The notes below the pieces were generated by a model. That model worked only from the letters and a program-made list of their open reading frames with translations. It did no database searches and was not told the origin of the DNA. Made by a program: the position numbers and the translations under genes. From Octopus sinensis (taxonomy: Eukaryota): DNA of 64,000 bases. The DNA is taken from assembly GCF_006345805.1 (NCBI RefSeq), contig NC_043008.1, forward strand, positions 33,852,001 through 33,916,000, in the 5' to 3' direction. Every line of letters begins with the position of its first letter. Positions within the stretch are counted from its first letter, which is position 1. Below are positions 11,121 through 24,789 of this stretch, one piece after another.

Positions 11121-12143
11121 TCAGGTTCAGTAAAAAGTAAGCAACATTATGAACCATGAAGAATTCGTACTGGATTTTTGCAGAGTTTTGAAGTTTTTTA
11201 AAACATTCTTTGCAATTGTCTGATAACACAGACATAGACTTGCCTGGACACCCATCTGTCATCGATGACGATCAACTAAAGACCGTCATTGAGAAAGATC
11301 CACATGAAACCACTTGAGAACTGGCAAATGAACTTCAAGTTAGCCAGAAAACTGCCTGCAACCATTTGCATGTGATTGGAAAATCAAAAAGTCTTGACAA
11401 ATGGGTACCACATGATTTCAATGGAAATCAAAAAATGCACAGATATGAAATTTGCTTGCTGCTTCTCTGTAACCAGACCAATCCATTTCTTGACCAAATT
11501 GTAACTTGCAATGAAAATTGGATTCTGTACAATAATAAAAAACGTACTTTGCAGTAGTTGGACCAACATGAAGCACCGAAAATCTTCCCAAACCCAAGCT
11601 CTTCAAAAAGAAGGTTATGGTGACCGTTTGGTGGTGTGCTGCTAGACTCATCCACTATATCTTCTTTAAACCTAGAAAAACCATTACTGCAGAGACATAT
11701 TGCCATAAAATTGCCAAAATGAACGAAAAACTGCCACTCCTCCATCCCAGAAGAAGGCCAATCATTTTTCATTACAATGCTTAACTGCACGTTTCACTAA
11801 TGACACTCCAGAAGTTGGGGGAACTTGGCTACGAAGTTCTTCCCCACCCAGCTTATTCTCCACACCTTTCTCCTACTGACTACCACTTTTTCAAGCACCT
11901 TGATTGTGTCCTGTGAGAGAAGGAGTTCAAAAATCAAACCAATGCTGAAAGTGAATCCAAAGAGTTTATCAGCTCCAGAATTCCAGATTTTTATGTTAGT
12001 GGAACAAACAAACTTGTAACTTGTCGGCAAAATTATGCTGACTCTAATGGTACTTACTTTGATGAATAAAATTCCTGCATTGTTGAAATATATTGTGATG
12101 AATTTCATGTTTCAAAACGTTGCTTACTTTTTACTCAGCCTGA
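11121..12143 (+). mobile_element. Mariner (D,D34D) transposon, full TIRs, decayed transposase
   Basis: TA|TCAGGTTCAGTAAAAAGTAAGCAAC ... GTTGCTTACTTTTTACTCAGCCTGA|TA; WVPHDF and HPAYSPHLSPTDYHFF motifs. Confidence 0.92.
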
Positions 12144-12759
12144 TACATACTTGCTCTTTCATAAGATAAGACCAGTTTTCAATGCCTCACTAAAATAAGG
12201 AAGTTTACAATGGCAATATGTGTGTGTGTGTGTGTGTGTTTAATGGCCAGTGGTCAATCATGCACTGAAAGAAAGAATTTGAATTAGAGACAACAAGTAA
12301 CTTCTTTCTATCAATTGCTTTATCTGCCTTTATATACATCCGTACTCTCTCTCTCTCTTTCACACTCACACACATACACACACACTCACACATGCACAGA
12401 TGCATACATTTTTTGGAGTGTTTTGTTGTTTTCTGTCAATGTCCCAAAAGGAACTGCTATCTATTTCCCATGGAAATCATGGCTGCTTTGGGAATAGGTA
12501 GTAAAGTGTTTTTAAGTGAATGAATGGATGTCACTAATGTAGTTAAAACTATGGTTATTTGTCAAAAAAAAAAGGTCCATTACATTTTCTAAGTTATGTT
12601 TGTTTAGTGAAAGAGAGCCTCAGTGTGCAAGGTTGCTGAGAGGTGGGTGATCCCTGTATTGAATGCTACATACCCTCCATAGCAGGAGAGCCCTCTATCT
12701 AGTGGATGCTCAGGGCAGTTGCCCTCTACGACCCCCTATAAATCCAGCCCTGCCATTAA

Positions 12760-13224
12760 TTCTGATGTGTACTTTCGTCAGCTAGCTAATTTGAACCAAA
12801 AACTCGAAGAATTGAGGCTGCAAATTGTCAACAGGAAAGGAGTAATGTTCCAACAAGACAATGCTTGATCACATGTGTCTTTAGTTACCCAAACAAAGTT
12901 ACATAAACTTGGATGGGATCTCTTACCCAATCCACCATATTCTCCTGACATTGTGTCACCTACCTACCACTTTTTTGTCTCTACAGAACTCATTGCAAGA
13001 AAAAGCATTTGACGATTTAGATGAAGTCAGAATGCATCTAGATAACTTTGCATCCAAAACCGGTCAAATTGTATGCTGATGGAATATTTAAATAACCTGA
13101 TAGATGGGCAAAGGTCATTAATAATAATGGAAATTATTTCGTTTAATAGAATTTATTGAAAGGTCAATTTTATATCCCCTTTCACATATTAAAAAATGCT
13201 CAGAACTTACGGGACAACCTAATA
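12760..13224 (+). mobile_element. Mariner 3' fragment
   Basis: MFQQDNA...GWDLLPNPPYSPDI..; ends in aacttacgggacaacctaata. Confidence 0.8.
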
Positions 13225-14189
13225 GAAAATAACTTTTCTTTGTTTTCTTTGAAAATAACTGGTTAAACTTGTGACTACCACATTCTCTCTGCTCATTAAT
13301 TTTGATTCGTTACTAGCATAGATGAGGATATCGTCTTCAGTCCACTTCAGTAAAGTTTCTATACAGTTATGAAATATACCACTTTAACGCTTAAGACTTA
13401 GGTGAAGTCTGTTGACTAAGTACAAACCATTGGTTGTATTGATAGTACAAACACATCTTGCATCCTCAGCTAAAGGTATTTGCCAAACGCATGCTTTAAA
13501 TAGAGCGATGAGAAAACTTTTGCATCTGTCATGCTAGAGAATATAGTATCAATCGATGATATGGGAAAAGAATAGGTGTCAATATGTGCAGTTAAATGTG
13601 CCTTGTAATCAACACACATACGAAGAAACACATTCTTTTTTAATTATCCAGATCATGATTAAGGTACATCTGACTCCAGGGTAATCTGACGGAGTAATAG
13701 GACTCACCACTTCCAACCTCTGCAACACATCTTTGACTTTATTTTCTAAATTAATGAGAACATGTTTTGCTGAACAAATCACGCTAAATCACATCCTGGC
13801 AGTTAATATGAGCAACAAAGCCTTTGCCGCAAGGTGGTGTTAACCGTTGTTTCAATAGATATAGAATGAATAATATGAAATACTGGCAGTTGAGTTGTGT
13901 TCAGGCTGCATATAATGAATGCACAACACTCATGAACAATTAACATAATTTTATTTCACTGCATAAATATTTCCATTGTAGGTCCTGAACTAAAAAATGC
14001 AACAACAAAATTTACACGCTGGTAGAACAATTTTGTAGTTATTACAAATAGTTGATTAGAAGGCTCTGTAATTAAGCGGCTAGGACAGGACAAAATATAC
14101 AGACTGAGTTTAGGTCAGTGAACTATAGCTCTGCAGTCATGAAAATGATTGTTAAAAGCATAAAAATGTCAGAAAGGTTTGCTTAGCTT

Positions 14190-14400
14190 AAGGCAGTGAG
14201 CTGGCAGAAAAGTTAGCACACCAGGCAAAATACTTAGTAGTATTTCACCTGCCTTTATGTTCTGAGTCCAAATTCCGCTCAGGTCAACTTTGCCTTTCAT
14301 AATTTTGGGGTTGATAAATTAAGTTGCATACTGGGATCAATTTAATCAACTGGCCCCCTCCCCCAAAATTTCAGGCCTTGTGCCTAGAGTAGCAAAGAAT
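14190..14400 (+). mobile_element. SINE family A
   Basis: gagctggcagaaaagttagcac...gtcaactttgcctttcat...ttgtgcctagagtag. Confidence 0.8.
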
Positions 14401-14719
14401 ATTGTTTGCTTAGCTTAGGGCAGCCACTAGCTGAAAGTTTGGTGCTCAAAACGTGCCTGTATATAAGCTTTGTAAAAGTGATGTTCTAGCAGCTTCTAGA
14501 AAGATACATCACATGATGTCTTGTTGCTGATTGTTCCATAACTTGGCTGATCACATGAAAAAGCTGTTGCTAAGCTGGGACTTTAACTTGGCAATTTGGT
14601 CATTTGGTTTCAAATCTTGCTACATATTTAACCTCTGTTAAAGTTTTTGTGTTTAACTTAAAATAAAATGAGCTGTCCTTAATAATATCTTTTCCAATGA
14701 GTTTGTTCCTTCTAGAACC

Positions 14720-14985
14720 ATGCCTGACTCACAAGGGCCAGTTTCCCAGTTTCCTTGGCATATAGTTTCCCCACCTGAAAGGGACGCCGGTCCGTCGAAG
14801 GCGAGCTGCAAGATGCAGGAGGAAAGGGTGAGAGAAAGTTGTGGTGAAAGAGTCAGCAGAAGTTCGCCATTACCAGCAGAAGTTCACCATTACACACATA
14901 TCGCCCGATCTGAGATTTGAACTCGTGATTCCTCAACCGTGAGTTCGCTGCTGTAACCACTAGTCCATGTGCCTCCACTCTCCAG
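14720..14985 (-). mobile_element. tRNA-derived SINE, family C
   Basis: Minus-strand head with A-box TGGACTAGTGG and B-box GAGTTCAAATC. Confidence 0.65.
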
Positions 14986-17035
14986 GCAGTCCGAAAGTGT
15001 AAGTGCTATCTACTACAATAAAGCAACAATATTCCTCTGTACCAATGAGTTCAAATTTTACAAGGATTGATCCAACCCTTTTTAGATCTGAACCAACAAA
15101 AGTGGTAAAGTGTTTATAACATGATTTGACTGAAAGGTTAAATTGTGAAGTGAACGAAAATGGAACTATCAAACAAACTACTCCAGTATCCACCCTCATA
15201 TTGTCACTATGCATGGCTGGATGACTTGATGAGTTGGTGAATAATGATACCAATCACGTGAAACTATGGTGGTTCACTCGTGATATCTAATCACGTATCC
15301 AGTGATTCAGTTTTGAATGATTACCAAAATACCAATGTCTCTGTCATTTACAAAAATCAAGGTTATCTACCTGCTCACATTTAGCATTTGATTAAAACCA
15401 ACTTTAAAACCAGCCTTACTTGGAAACCCATTTACGTTATACATGTTACACAGAAATTTAGATTGGCAAAATCTTGCAAAACTCCCTACTTTCCGACATT
15501 TGTGACATCCTTTCCCATATGCTGGATATTCATGCATTTTATGTGTCCCCCAGACAATACTGATATTTCACTATACTAACGATATTACGACTGCTGCTGC
15601 TAGCAGTCTTTTTGTTAACATTAAAGTTTGTTGTTGTTACTGATGTAAGCTGTCAATTGCTTGCAAATAGTGTTTCTGATTCTATAGTGGATGTAAGAGC
15701 AGCTATTTCAGTATATTTAATTTTAGAATGATGTCATAATTGATCTAAATATTTCAGCTTTACCTTTGCTCATGATAAGCCAACAATAAAAATGAGTTTC
15801 ATGAATTCCTCGTCTGGGTTTTCTCTCATCCTATTCAGATGGTAGAAGGAGACTTGAGAATTAATCCTAAGTAGAAAGTCATTGATTTACTTACTCTTGC
15901 AGTTTGAGTCTGACCACAATTAACAATCTCTCCTTCAGAGAGAGTGAGAATAATGCAAATGTGCATATTTTCTTTCTCTCTCTGACATCAACACTAATTC
16001 AGCCAGTTTTGAGTCCTGTACATGCCTTTATGGAGGTAATCACAAATGTATAGCAGTTACTCATACATGTATAAAGTAGATTATCACTCAAGAGACATTT
16101 AGAATTTCATAACTGTTTTGGAATGTTGTAAAGAAGATGGTATATAAAATTGCTACTAGTACTTGGCTTATTTCAGTTCCTGGACCAAGTCATGCTCTTA
16201 GTGAAACACTTCAGTTGGCAAAAATGAGTAATCTTGCAACAGACCAATGTGTCATCTAAGGAAAAAATATGTCCCAGAATCCAGGAAACTGGCATTGTGA
16301 ACTAGTGGCTTGGAAAGATCTTTCATCCTTTTTTTGTTTTGAATAGAGTGGATGCTGAATTTAGTATCGTTGGGCCATGGGAACATTTTGAACTAGTCCC
16401 TTAAGTTTCAAACATAATGTGGGAAAAGGCAATGTTGGTTCCATGTTCCATCAATGAATTTGAAAGAGTATATGTGTTGTTTGAAACTGCTCTTAAATGT
16501 TTATTGCAGATGAGAAAGCAAGATACTTAACATGAAAGCAGAAAACCTTTAAGAATTTGCAGTGGTCTATGTAGCTAAATAATTGAATGATCTCCCTTGC
16601 ATAGAGGTTTCTAGAAGGATCTATGTCATGAGACGTGATTCATAATTATTCAAGAAGCTTAGCATTTCTCTTGGAAGTTTCTAGAATGTCTTGTGTTCCA
16701 TTAATTAAAACAGCTCGCAAACCCTGCTCTTCATTTCTTAGTCGATTAGACTTAGAATCATTCACGTCATTGCCATGTCCATCTATTTCTCTATGCCACA
16801 TGACTGAAAACCACCACTTAGCTGTTGTTTCTACATTTTCTATCTCTGAACTCTCTTGCATTGATTACTTCAATCAATTAGATTCTACATTTTGATTATG
16901 TATCACCATCGACCAGTAAATAAAGTATATTTTTATGTGGTAAATATATAGTTCTTGAATTTATTATTCGTCTCTGAATGAACTAATGTAATAATATATA
17001 CATGCAGCTATATCATCAGCTATGGTACTGAATAT

Positions 17036-18720
17036 TGTGAAGTTTCTCCTTTCCAAAATGTGTTGGAAATGCTTAACTGAGAGGTAAATAGCTAATAGTT
17101 TACGACTGAATGCGTTATATTTAGATTCATCTGGTTTTAACTGCTTAGAGAAAATCGCCAGAGGTTGCCGTTCGCCATGGTGAAGTTGTTGAATGACTGC
17201 GCTGATGCCAATTTCTCATGTGTGACTACAAGGGAAATTTCAGTATCACAAATGGGGCAAGCTAACTTGGAGATGCGAGAGAGTTTCTGTTTAGCATCAT
17301 CGAAAGCTTGTATTTTAGCAGGGGTTAAAGTGATCTTTTCTGTTCTCTTCTTGTGGTGTTGCCGTAAATTGCTGAGAGGGTAAAATTTTCAGCACAACAA
17401 AGTATAAAATGTCGATAGAAATTAGCTAATCCAAGAAATTGTTTGAACTGTCTTAATGAAACAGGAACTGGAATTTGTACGATTGCCTCCACCTTTTCTC
17501 TCAAAGGCCTTATTCCATCCTTATCAATGGTGTGTCCAAGGAAAGTGAGAGAAGGCACACTGAAAATACATTTGGTACTGTTGATACAAATTTTTTATTG
17601 AGAAAACCGTTGAAAAAGTTGCTTCAAATGTAACTCATGTTCTTTCTTGGAAGAACTATCAATGATAAGATCGTCAATATAGGCGCAGACAAAATCTAAT
17701 CCACATCTAATCCACATATTACTTCATCAAGGAAACGCAGAAAAGTACTGGCGGCTATCCTTAACCCAAAGAACATGGTAAGAAGTTCAAATAACCCAAA
17801 TAGAGTTGCAATAGCCATTTTCGGAATATCATTTGGGATTACAGGAATCTGATGGTATGTTCATATCAAATCTATTTTTGAGAAAATTGAGCAACCATGC
17901 AGAGAAGATGCAAAATCTTGAAAACGTGTTATAGGATACCTATCTGGAATGGTAATAGCGTTGAGTCGTCTATAGTGACCAGTAGATCTAAAATCACCAG
18001 ATTTCTTTTTCACTAAATGGAGTGGTGATGACCAGTTACTCTTTGAAGGACGAATTATACCAAGCTGGAGCATGTGGCTGAACTCTGCTTTAGCAGCTTT
18101 GTATTTTTCAGGTGGTAAACGTCTAGGACACGAGAAAACGGGAGATCAATTGGTGGTTATATGATGAATAGTTGTATGTGTTGAAGCATTGAGATTGAAA
18201 GTTAAATTTGTTAATTCAGGAAAGGATTGAAACAAAGTTTGATATTTGGTCGATCTGCAATAAAAAATAGTGGGCTGACAGAAGCGGAATTGAAATATAT
18301 TCTTAAAGTGCATAACTGGGTACTGCTATCAATTAGTCTCTTTTCTTTTTTTTCTTTTTTTGACATCCTCTAATAATGAAAAATGGGTGGAGAAAATCAG
18401 CTCATAAACTTGGATGAAGAAGGTCAGCAATGATGAAAACCCACTGGAAACTTCGTCTGAGATTCAAGTCCAGCGTGAGTGAAATCTCACCGAAAGTTTT
18501 AACAGGAGAGCTGTTGTCTGCTTGAAGAGATATGTCAGAAGTGAAAAGTATTACTTTAACAAATTTAGATGGCCATATACTGCAGGACACTCCAGAATCG
18601 ACTAGAAATTCTTTCTTAGACTCGAAATTTAGTACGAGAAATGCGCGACTAGGAGAAAATGTGCCAGGAACTGCAGTCACACTTGGAGTTCAGCTTTTTA
18701 GTTTTCCTGTGTTTTAAATG
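17036..18720 (-). pseudogene. Gypsy protease-RT-RNase H (5' part), inverted
   Basis: FLVDSGVSCSI; IRPSKSNWSSPLHLVKKKSGDFR; YRRLNAITIPDRYP; FLGHTIDKDGIRP; FLGLANFYR. Confidence 0.9.
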
Positions 18721-18939
18721 TACAAAGTGAAATACATTTCCTAGCTGCAGAACCAAACTTATAATGATACGTTGGGGTCACCAATTTATGTAGTGGAGAT
18801 ATATATTCAGTACCAGGTGATGATATAGCTGCGTGTATATATTATTACATGAGTTCATTCAGAGACGAAGACTAAATTCAAGAACTATATATTTACTACA
18901 TAAAAATATATTTTATTTACTGGTCGATGATGATACATA

Positions 18940-19900
18940 ACCATAAGCCGTTATCATTCACTTTACACTGAAAGCCAGATAAGTTGTCTCCCAAAGACAT
19001 TCTGCATTTGGATTACATTTCACGATTCATGAGTGATATATGATACATTCCAGTTTCTGAGAACATTGTTGCAGATTCTTTATCCTGTTTACCTGTAAAC
19101 ACGTTATTTTCAACTGCAGAAATTAACTTGGATGAAATGTCGGAAGGTCAACCATCCGTTGATTTGGATAATATATACAACAACTAGAACTAATTCCTTT
19201 CGACCTCCAACATTTCCCAGTTGTGACATCAAACAAAGAAATCCTTTATGATTTTTCTTCTGGTAAACCCCACACTTTAGTTCTTCAAAAGCATCTCCGT
19301 ATCATTTTCTCAGCGCTACACAATATTTCACATCCTGGTATAACAGCAACATTGAAGCTTATTTCAGCTCATTTCATTTGGCCGAACATGCGTCAAGATA
19401 TAGCTAATTGGACTTCTACCTGTGTCGACTGTCAAAGATGCAAGGTACATAAACATATCCATGCACCGTTAGGTACTTTCTCCACTCCAGATGCACAATT
19501 CCAGCACATGTTGATATAGTAGGGCCTTGGTCTGTGAGTCAGGGCTACATGTTTTTATTAACCTGTATTGATCGTTTTTCCCACTGGCTAGAAGTCATTC
19601 CACTCACAGACATCTCTTCTCTAACTGTAGCACAAGTTCCTGAAAACAGGCAAGATATCGATACTATAAATTTTGTTGAATGCTTGCATGATTATATGTC
19701 AAAGTTACCACATCTGAACACCAAAAAACAAGACATTAAAACATATTTGCCTAAGGACTATTCTTCCTGGACTCATGTTTTTATTTGCAATGATGCCATT
19801 CAACATCCTTTAACAGCACCGTATTCAGGACCCTTTCATGTACTTTCTTGCACAGTTAAATTTTCATCTTAGATCTTAACAGTTGTAAAGGCACTATTTC
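18940..19900 (+). pseudogene. Gypsy RNase H C-terminus and integrase (core deleted)
   Basis: HKPLSF, NIVADSLS; HHCC finger HNISHPG...WPNM...CVDCQRCK; LTAPYSGPFHVL. Confidence 0.88.
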
Positions 19901-20514
19901 TGTTGATAGACTAAAAACGGCTCACATTGAAAAGGCTATTTCCAACCCCATTACAGACAACACACACACAGCATTACAAACGCATCCTTTGCACATACCT
20001 TCACAAAAGCGGTAGACAAGTGCATTGGCCTAAGAATTTAACAAACATTTATTACATTTGAACTGTGATATCGTTTCTACAGTTTGACATTTTATGATGT
20101 ATATATTTTTTTATTTCCATTATTGTATAATGTTACCTCTGCTGAGGGGGTGTGTAGTGGTCTGTGTAGCTAAATAGTTGAATGATCTCCCTTACAAGAA
20201 AGATTATAGAGTAACCTCCCTTTACTAAGTTTCTCGAAGCATCTATGTCATGAGACGTGATTCTTAATTATTCAAGAAGCTTAGCGTTTCTCTTGGAAGT
20301 TTCTAGAATGTCTCGTGTTCCATCAATGAAAACAGCTTGCAAACCCTGCTCTTCGCTTCTTAGTCGATGAGACTTAGAGCCATTCACATAATTGCCATGT
20401 CCATCTATTTCTCTACGCCACATGACTGAAAACCACCACTTAGCTGTAAAATATATTTTTATGTAGTAAAGATATAGTGCTTGAATTTATTCTTCATCTC
20501 TATATGAATTCTTG

Positions 20515-20720
20515 TTAGTTAGTTAGTTAGTTAGTTAATATGGCTCAAAAGCAAATAGCAAGGCCATGTAGGGGGACATGGAGTTCACGTAAAGACTTCA
20601 CGTAAAGAGTTCAGGCCACTTGAGGTCAAGGGAGGCGTTGAACAAAGCGGTCGTCGGCATCTTCACCATCTCGTCTGGCAGCTTGTTCCACGGATCCGCA
20701 ACCCGGACGGAGAAAGCTCC
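20515..20720 (-). mobile_element. CR1-type LINE 3' end inserted in LTR2
   Basis: AFSVRVADPWNKLPDEMV...FNASLD on minus; (CTAA)n tail seen as (TTAG)n. Confidence 0.75.
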
Positions 20721-20914
20721 GTAATAATATACATGCAGCTATTGTAATAATATAGCTCTTGTAATAGCTCTTGTAATAATATACATGCAGCTATTTCACC
20801 ACCTGGTACTGATTATGTATTTCCACTACAAATCATATGATTTCAATTAGATAGTATCTGTTGAAAAACAGCAGCAAAGATTTGACGGATATTTGTCCTC
20901 ATCGTGTTTGTTAT

Positions 20915-20958
20915 TAACACGTTTCGGCTGATATACCTTCCAGCCTTCTTCAGGTGTC
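20915..20958 (-). ncRNA. Minimal hammerhead motif (degenerate helix I/III)
   Basis: Reverse complement: GACAC-CTGAAGA-A-GGCTG(N10)CAGCC-GAAAC-GT-GTT. Confidence 0.5.
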
Positions 20959-21284
20959 ATGGGCAAATTTCGAACCTGGGTTCTCATTCCTAAGGTATTT
21001 TTCGATATTGTTATAATTATTATCGTTGTTAGTGTTGGAAACGAACTCTCTCTTAACCACTATGCTATCAATAAAGTTTAAAAAAAAAAAGAGGTAAAAA
21101 TTGTAGGACTTGTTGTGAATGCCCTGAGAAATACTGTCAGCCATACAACCTTAGAATTACTGGATGAGTATACCTTAACAAAATCCTGGAAGAAACTGCT
21201 CTGCTTACCAAAAATGTTTTTTGCTTAAATATGAGTTTGTTTGCATTAACTTAAGAATGATGTTAATATTAACATTAACAATAG

Positions 21285-21450
21285 GTTGGCAAACTGGTAA
21301 AATTGATAGCACAGCAGGCAAAATGGTTAGCAGCATTTCATCCATATCCATGTTTTGAATTCAAATTCCACCAAGGTCAACTTTGCCTGCCTTCCTTTTT
21401 TGGTTGATAAGATAAGTACCAGCTGAGCACTGGAGTTGATGAAATTGACG
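21285..21450 (+). mobile_element. SINE family A (degenerate)
   Basis: ttcaaattccaccaaggtcaactttgcc...gataagtaccagctgagcactgg. Confidence 0.65.
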
Positions 21451-23749
21451 TATTTTATTGATTTGCTTTATGACTAACATCCTCCTCATCATAGTTTTCA
21501 GTGGCAACAGACATTCTCTGAATAAATGAAAATATTAAACAAGTAAGTACTGTACAGGAATATCTGTGAGAAGATTTGTGAATCATAGACAAAAAGAAAA
21601 AAGAAAAAGAAAATAAAGGAATACTAAGGATTGTTTTTGAAGTGAAGTTTCAAATTCTGTTTGTTACTTTAAAGAACGTCCTGCTCTCAGCTACTATTCA
21701 AGTGAATTACATATACACACATATGTATGTGTATACAAACATGCATATATACATGTAAACATTTGCCTATATTTATATATAATTGCCTATATAACACACA
21801 CACACACACATTTAATTAAAGTCACACCAATATACTAAAATTACACACACATGTACTCATACAATCTCATTGACCAAATATATCTCACTTTAGACTCAAG
21901 CCCCAAATTTGTTAGGAGTGGATTAGATGCAGCTGTGTAGCACATATATATTGATTCACCACACTCTTCATTAAAATCAGTTTATCAAACCAACGAAAGA
22001 ACTAACAAGCAAACAGATCCCAACAAGATTTGAAATCAGAATATAAAGGATCAAAATTATAAAAAAAAAAAAATTTACCTTGACACCGTACTGATTCAGA
22101 GCAGTCACTGATTTGTGGAAATTATATTTTTAATTAACCAGTAAGTTGTGGTTCCTTATTTCATTTACTTGTTTGTTTTTATCTTTTATCTTTCACTTGC
22201 TTTATTCATTGAACTGTAGAACATGCTGGGACACAACCTTGAAGGGTTCAGGAGTTCTCAACCATTTCTCACCTATAGACCCCTTTCATTACTATTTTAT
22301 TCTGGTGGACTCCCATCTCATTACTCTTCAATGTTCAAAAAAAAGTTTTATAGAAACTTCTTTTAAAATTCCTATTTTGTTTTTCACACTTTAACTTGAG
22401 TTGGTCGAACTATATAAAATGTTAGAGAAAAAGCATCCAGCTGTTTCTTGCAATACATAACAATACATACATGTAAAGCAAAATTTTTTCAGGGGCCTTT
22501 AAAATAGTTTTGTGGATCTCCAATCTATTATTTTGCTGCTTAGACCCACAAAAACCTTATATAGCCCATGAGGGTCCATGTTGACCCCAGTTGAGAACCT
22601 CTGGTTCAGATGAACACATTAATCCCAGAGCTTATTTATAAGGCTCTATCATCAGACCACTAAGTTATGGGGATGTAAACAACAATGACGCCCACAACAG
22701 AATCTAAACATACCACCTGCTGTATTAATTGTTATTTCTACTCTGAGCAAACTTGGAAATATCCAAAATTTATTAGAAAATAGTCATTTGTGCATTCTTA
22801 TGTCAAATTCACCTTTCATCCTTTCAGGGTTGATGAAAAAAAAAAGTATTAATCCAGGGAGACGGATGAACAGAACTGCAAAAATATTGGATCTAGTATC
22901 TTGTGGTATTTGTTCCAACTCAATGTGTTTTTGAGTTCAAATCTTGTCATAGTTTTGTTTGGGTCATGATCAGAGTGGGCTACTCAACCTGAAGAAAACT
23001 CTAACTGGGCCCCCACCTGCAAGGTTATAGGCTGTTTATAGTGTCTTTACAACCATTAAGGTCTATAGTAAAGGAAATGGAAAGGACCTGCATACAGTGC
23101 TGTTAACGGAGGTTTAATAAAATTGTTGGGCACAAAAATGCGAGCTAAAGGAGTAAAGCTTCTGTCAAGGGAGAGCAAGAAATGAAATTGCGAAATGGTT
23201 AAGAGGTTTTAAGCAGGAGTGATGTATTCAAAATTGGTAAAACTAAAAATTTTCAAGGATAAATTAAATCTATTATTGCTACTGAATATGTTAATGCTAT
23301 TTAATTTCTGAACGTTTTTTGCTGCTGTTTGTTTATGTAGTTTGATTTCTTTATTCATCATTCTCTACAAAGATAGGGACGTAAATAATAATAATAATGA
23401 TAGAGAAACAGAAATAAAACTTTGGAAACAGCAATGCCACCATAACCTATGTGGAAACCATGAGTATACTTTCATGGGAAAAAATCAGAGAAAGACTTGA
23501 AAGCAAACATAAAAGTAAAATAAATATAACAAATAATCCAGAACCTTGTCTGGTACTGGGCCAATCCCAAAATCTAATAAGTTTGTGCCAGTCATGAGGC
23601 CAAACATCCCTGAAAGTTTCATCTAAAACCATCCAGCAGTTCTTGAGATATTTTGTTCACAGATAAACAAACAAACAAACACAACTGAAAGCAATACCTC
23701 GACCTTCGCTAAGGTGGAGGTAATAAATGCCATGATACAATACTAGCTC

Positions 23750-24330
23750 TCATAGCTTTTGATCTTAACTGATTGGAAGTGTTATCATGTACATGTTTTG
23801 TCGTGGTATAAAAGATGGGCTACAGCAAATATTCTGCTCAATACCACAGATTCGCTTGTCAGTTGCTTGACCATAACCAGTTGAGCATGTTCTTTAATGG
23901 CTGACAGTATGTACATCTTTGGTCACAAGCAGAAGCAGTTGGTGAGCATCATAGCTATGTGTTGAGAGGAATTCTTTGGGGTTTGAATAATTCATCCCTG
24001 GAAACATGGGTGTCTTGTTCATCATCCTTAAACAAACCCTATTCAAGGACTTTTGAGCAGGATGGGGCTACTCAACTTGAAGAAAATTCTAACTGGACAC
24101 CACCTGGTCATGCACTGTTTATCTTGATATGAAATCACATGTCATGCATATATTGTTGTGATGCATTTGCCTGATGCACCCTTATCAGACAGGTAGTCAT
24201 GATATGTGTATTGAGCTTCGTATATTTGTACCCCAGTGTCATTTTGATGGCATGCACTACTCCCTCACTCAATAATAATAATAATGATAATAATAATAAT
24301 AATAATAATGATAATAATAATAATAGCAAC
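23750..24330 (+). mobile_element. LINE 3' UTR-like repeat ending in an (AAT)n tail
   Basis: Non-coding block ending ...gcactactccctcactc-(aat)n; family not assignable from sequence alone. Confidence 0.45.
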
Positions 24331-24789
24331 AACAAGCAAGTTTGATTAATTTATATTTTATTGGCTAAAGACAAAGATAGCGCCCATGACTAAACAGATC
24401 CTTCAAGACTGAAGAGCATTTTGTTGCTAATGTTCCTTTGAAACAGTTGCACCACAAGGAAAATATAAGCCGAAGAAGATTCCTGAAAGGCCAATGGTCA
24501 AGAGAAAGAAGGACTGAGTATAGTTCTTAGGGCAGGGTCAGGTGAGTGTGGGGCGATAAGATATAACAAAGGTGATAAGAGCTGAAGAAACATGTGAGTA
24601 GGATGACAGGAGTGCCATAGGGATGAATGTATGTGTGCGTACACAAGCATGTGTGTGGGTGTGCATGCGTACGTGTGTGTGCATGTTTGTGTGTGTCTAC
24701 TGTTGATACACATGTCGTTGCTATTTACTTCAGTTAGGTAATGACTGTGCAAACTCGTCATCAAAGGTATCCCATTAATGACTACAGGC

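Larger units (their letters stand above)
13290..15900 (-). mobile_element. Heavily decayed Gypsy-type gag/protease/RT remnant with later SINE insertions
   Basis: MRVDTG protease motif (14960-15253); LRMCVDYK and IDTIFS RT-like blocks near 13500-13720; CCHC-like knuckle near 15450-15560. Confidence 0.5.
16558..20830 (+). mobile_element. Gypsy LTR retrotransposon with an inverted internal segment
   Basis: LTR1 16558-~17035; LTR2 20153-20830 (TGTAGTGG...CCACTACA); PPT GAGGGGGTG before LTR2; PBS TGGTGACCCC at 18774-18783 on minus; protease/RT on minus, RNase H end and integrase on plus; flanks AATT/AATC. Confidence 0.9.

Noticed and set aside
14900-14985. tRNA gene candidates (A/B boxes here and in other SINE heads)
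   Set aside because: No complete cloverleaf or acceptor stem; these are SINE heads
24405-24455. CTGAAGA...GAAACAGTTGCA hammerhead-like string
   Set aside because: Helix II does not close and the cleavage triplet is not NUH
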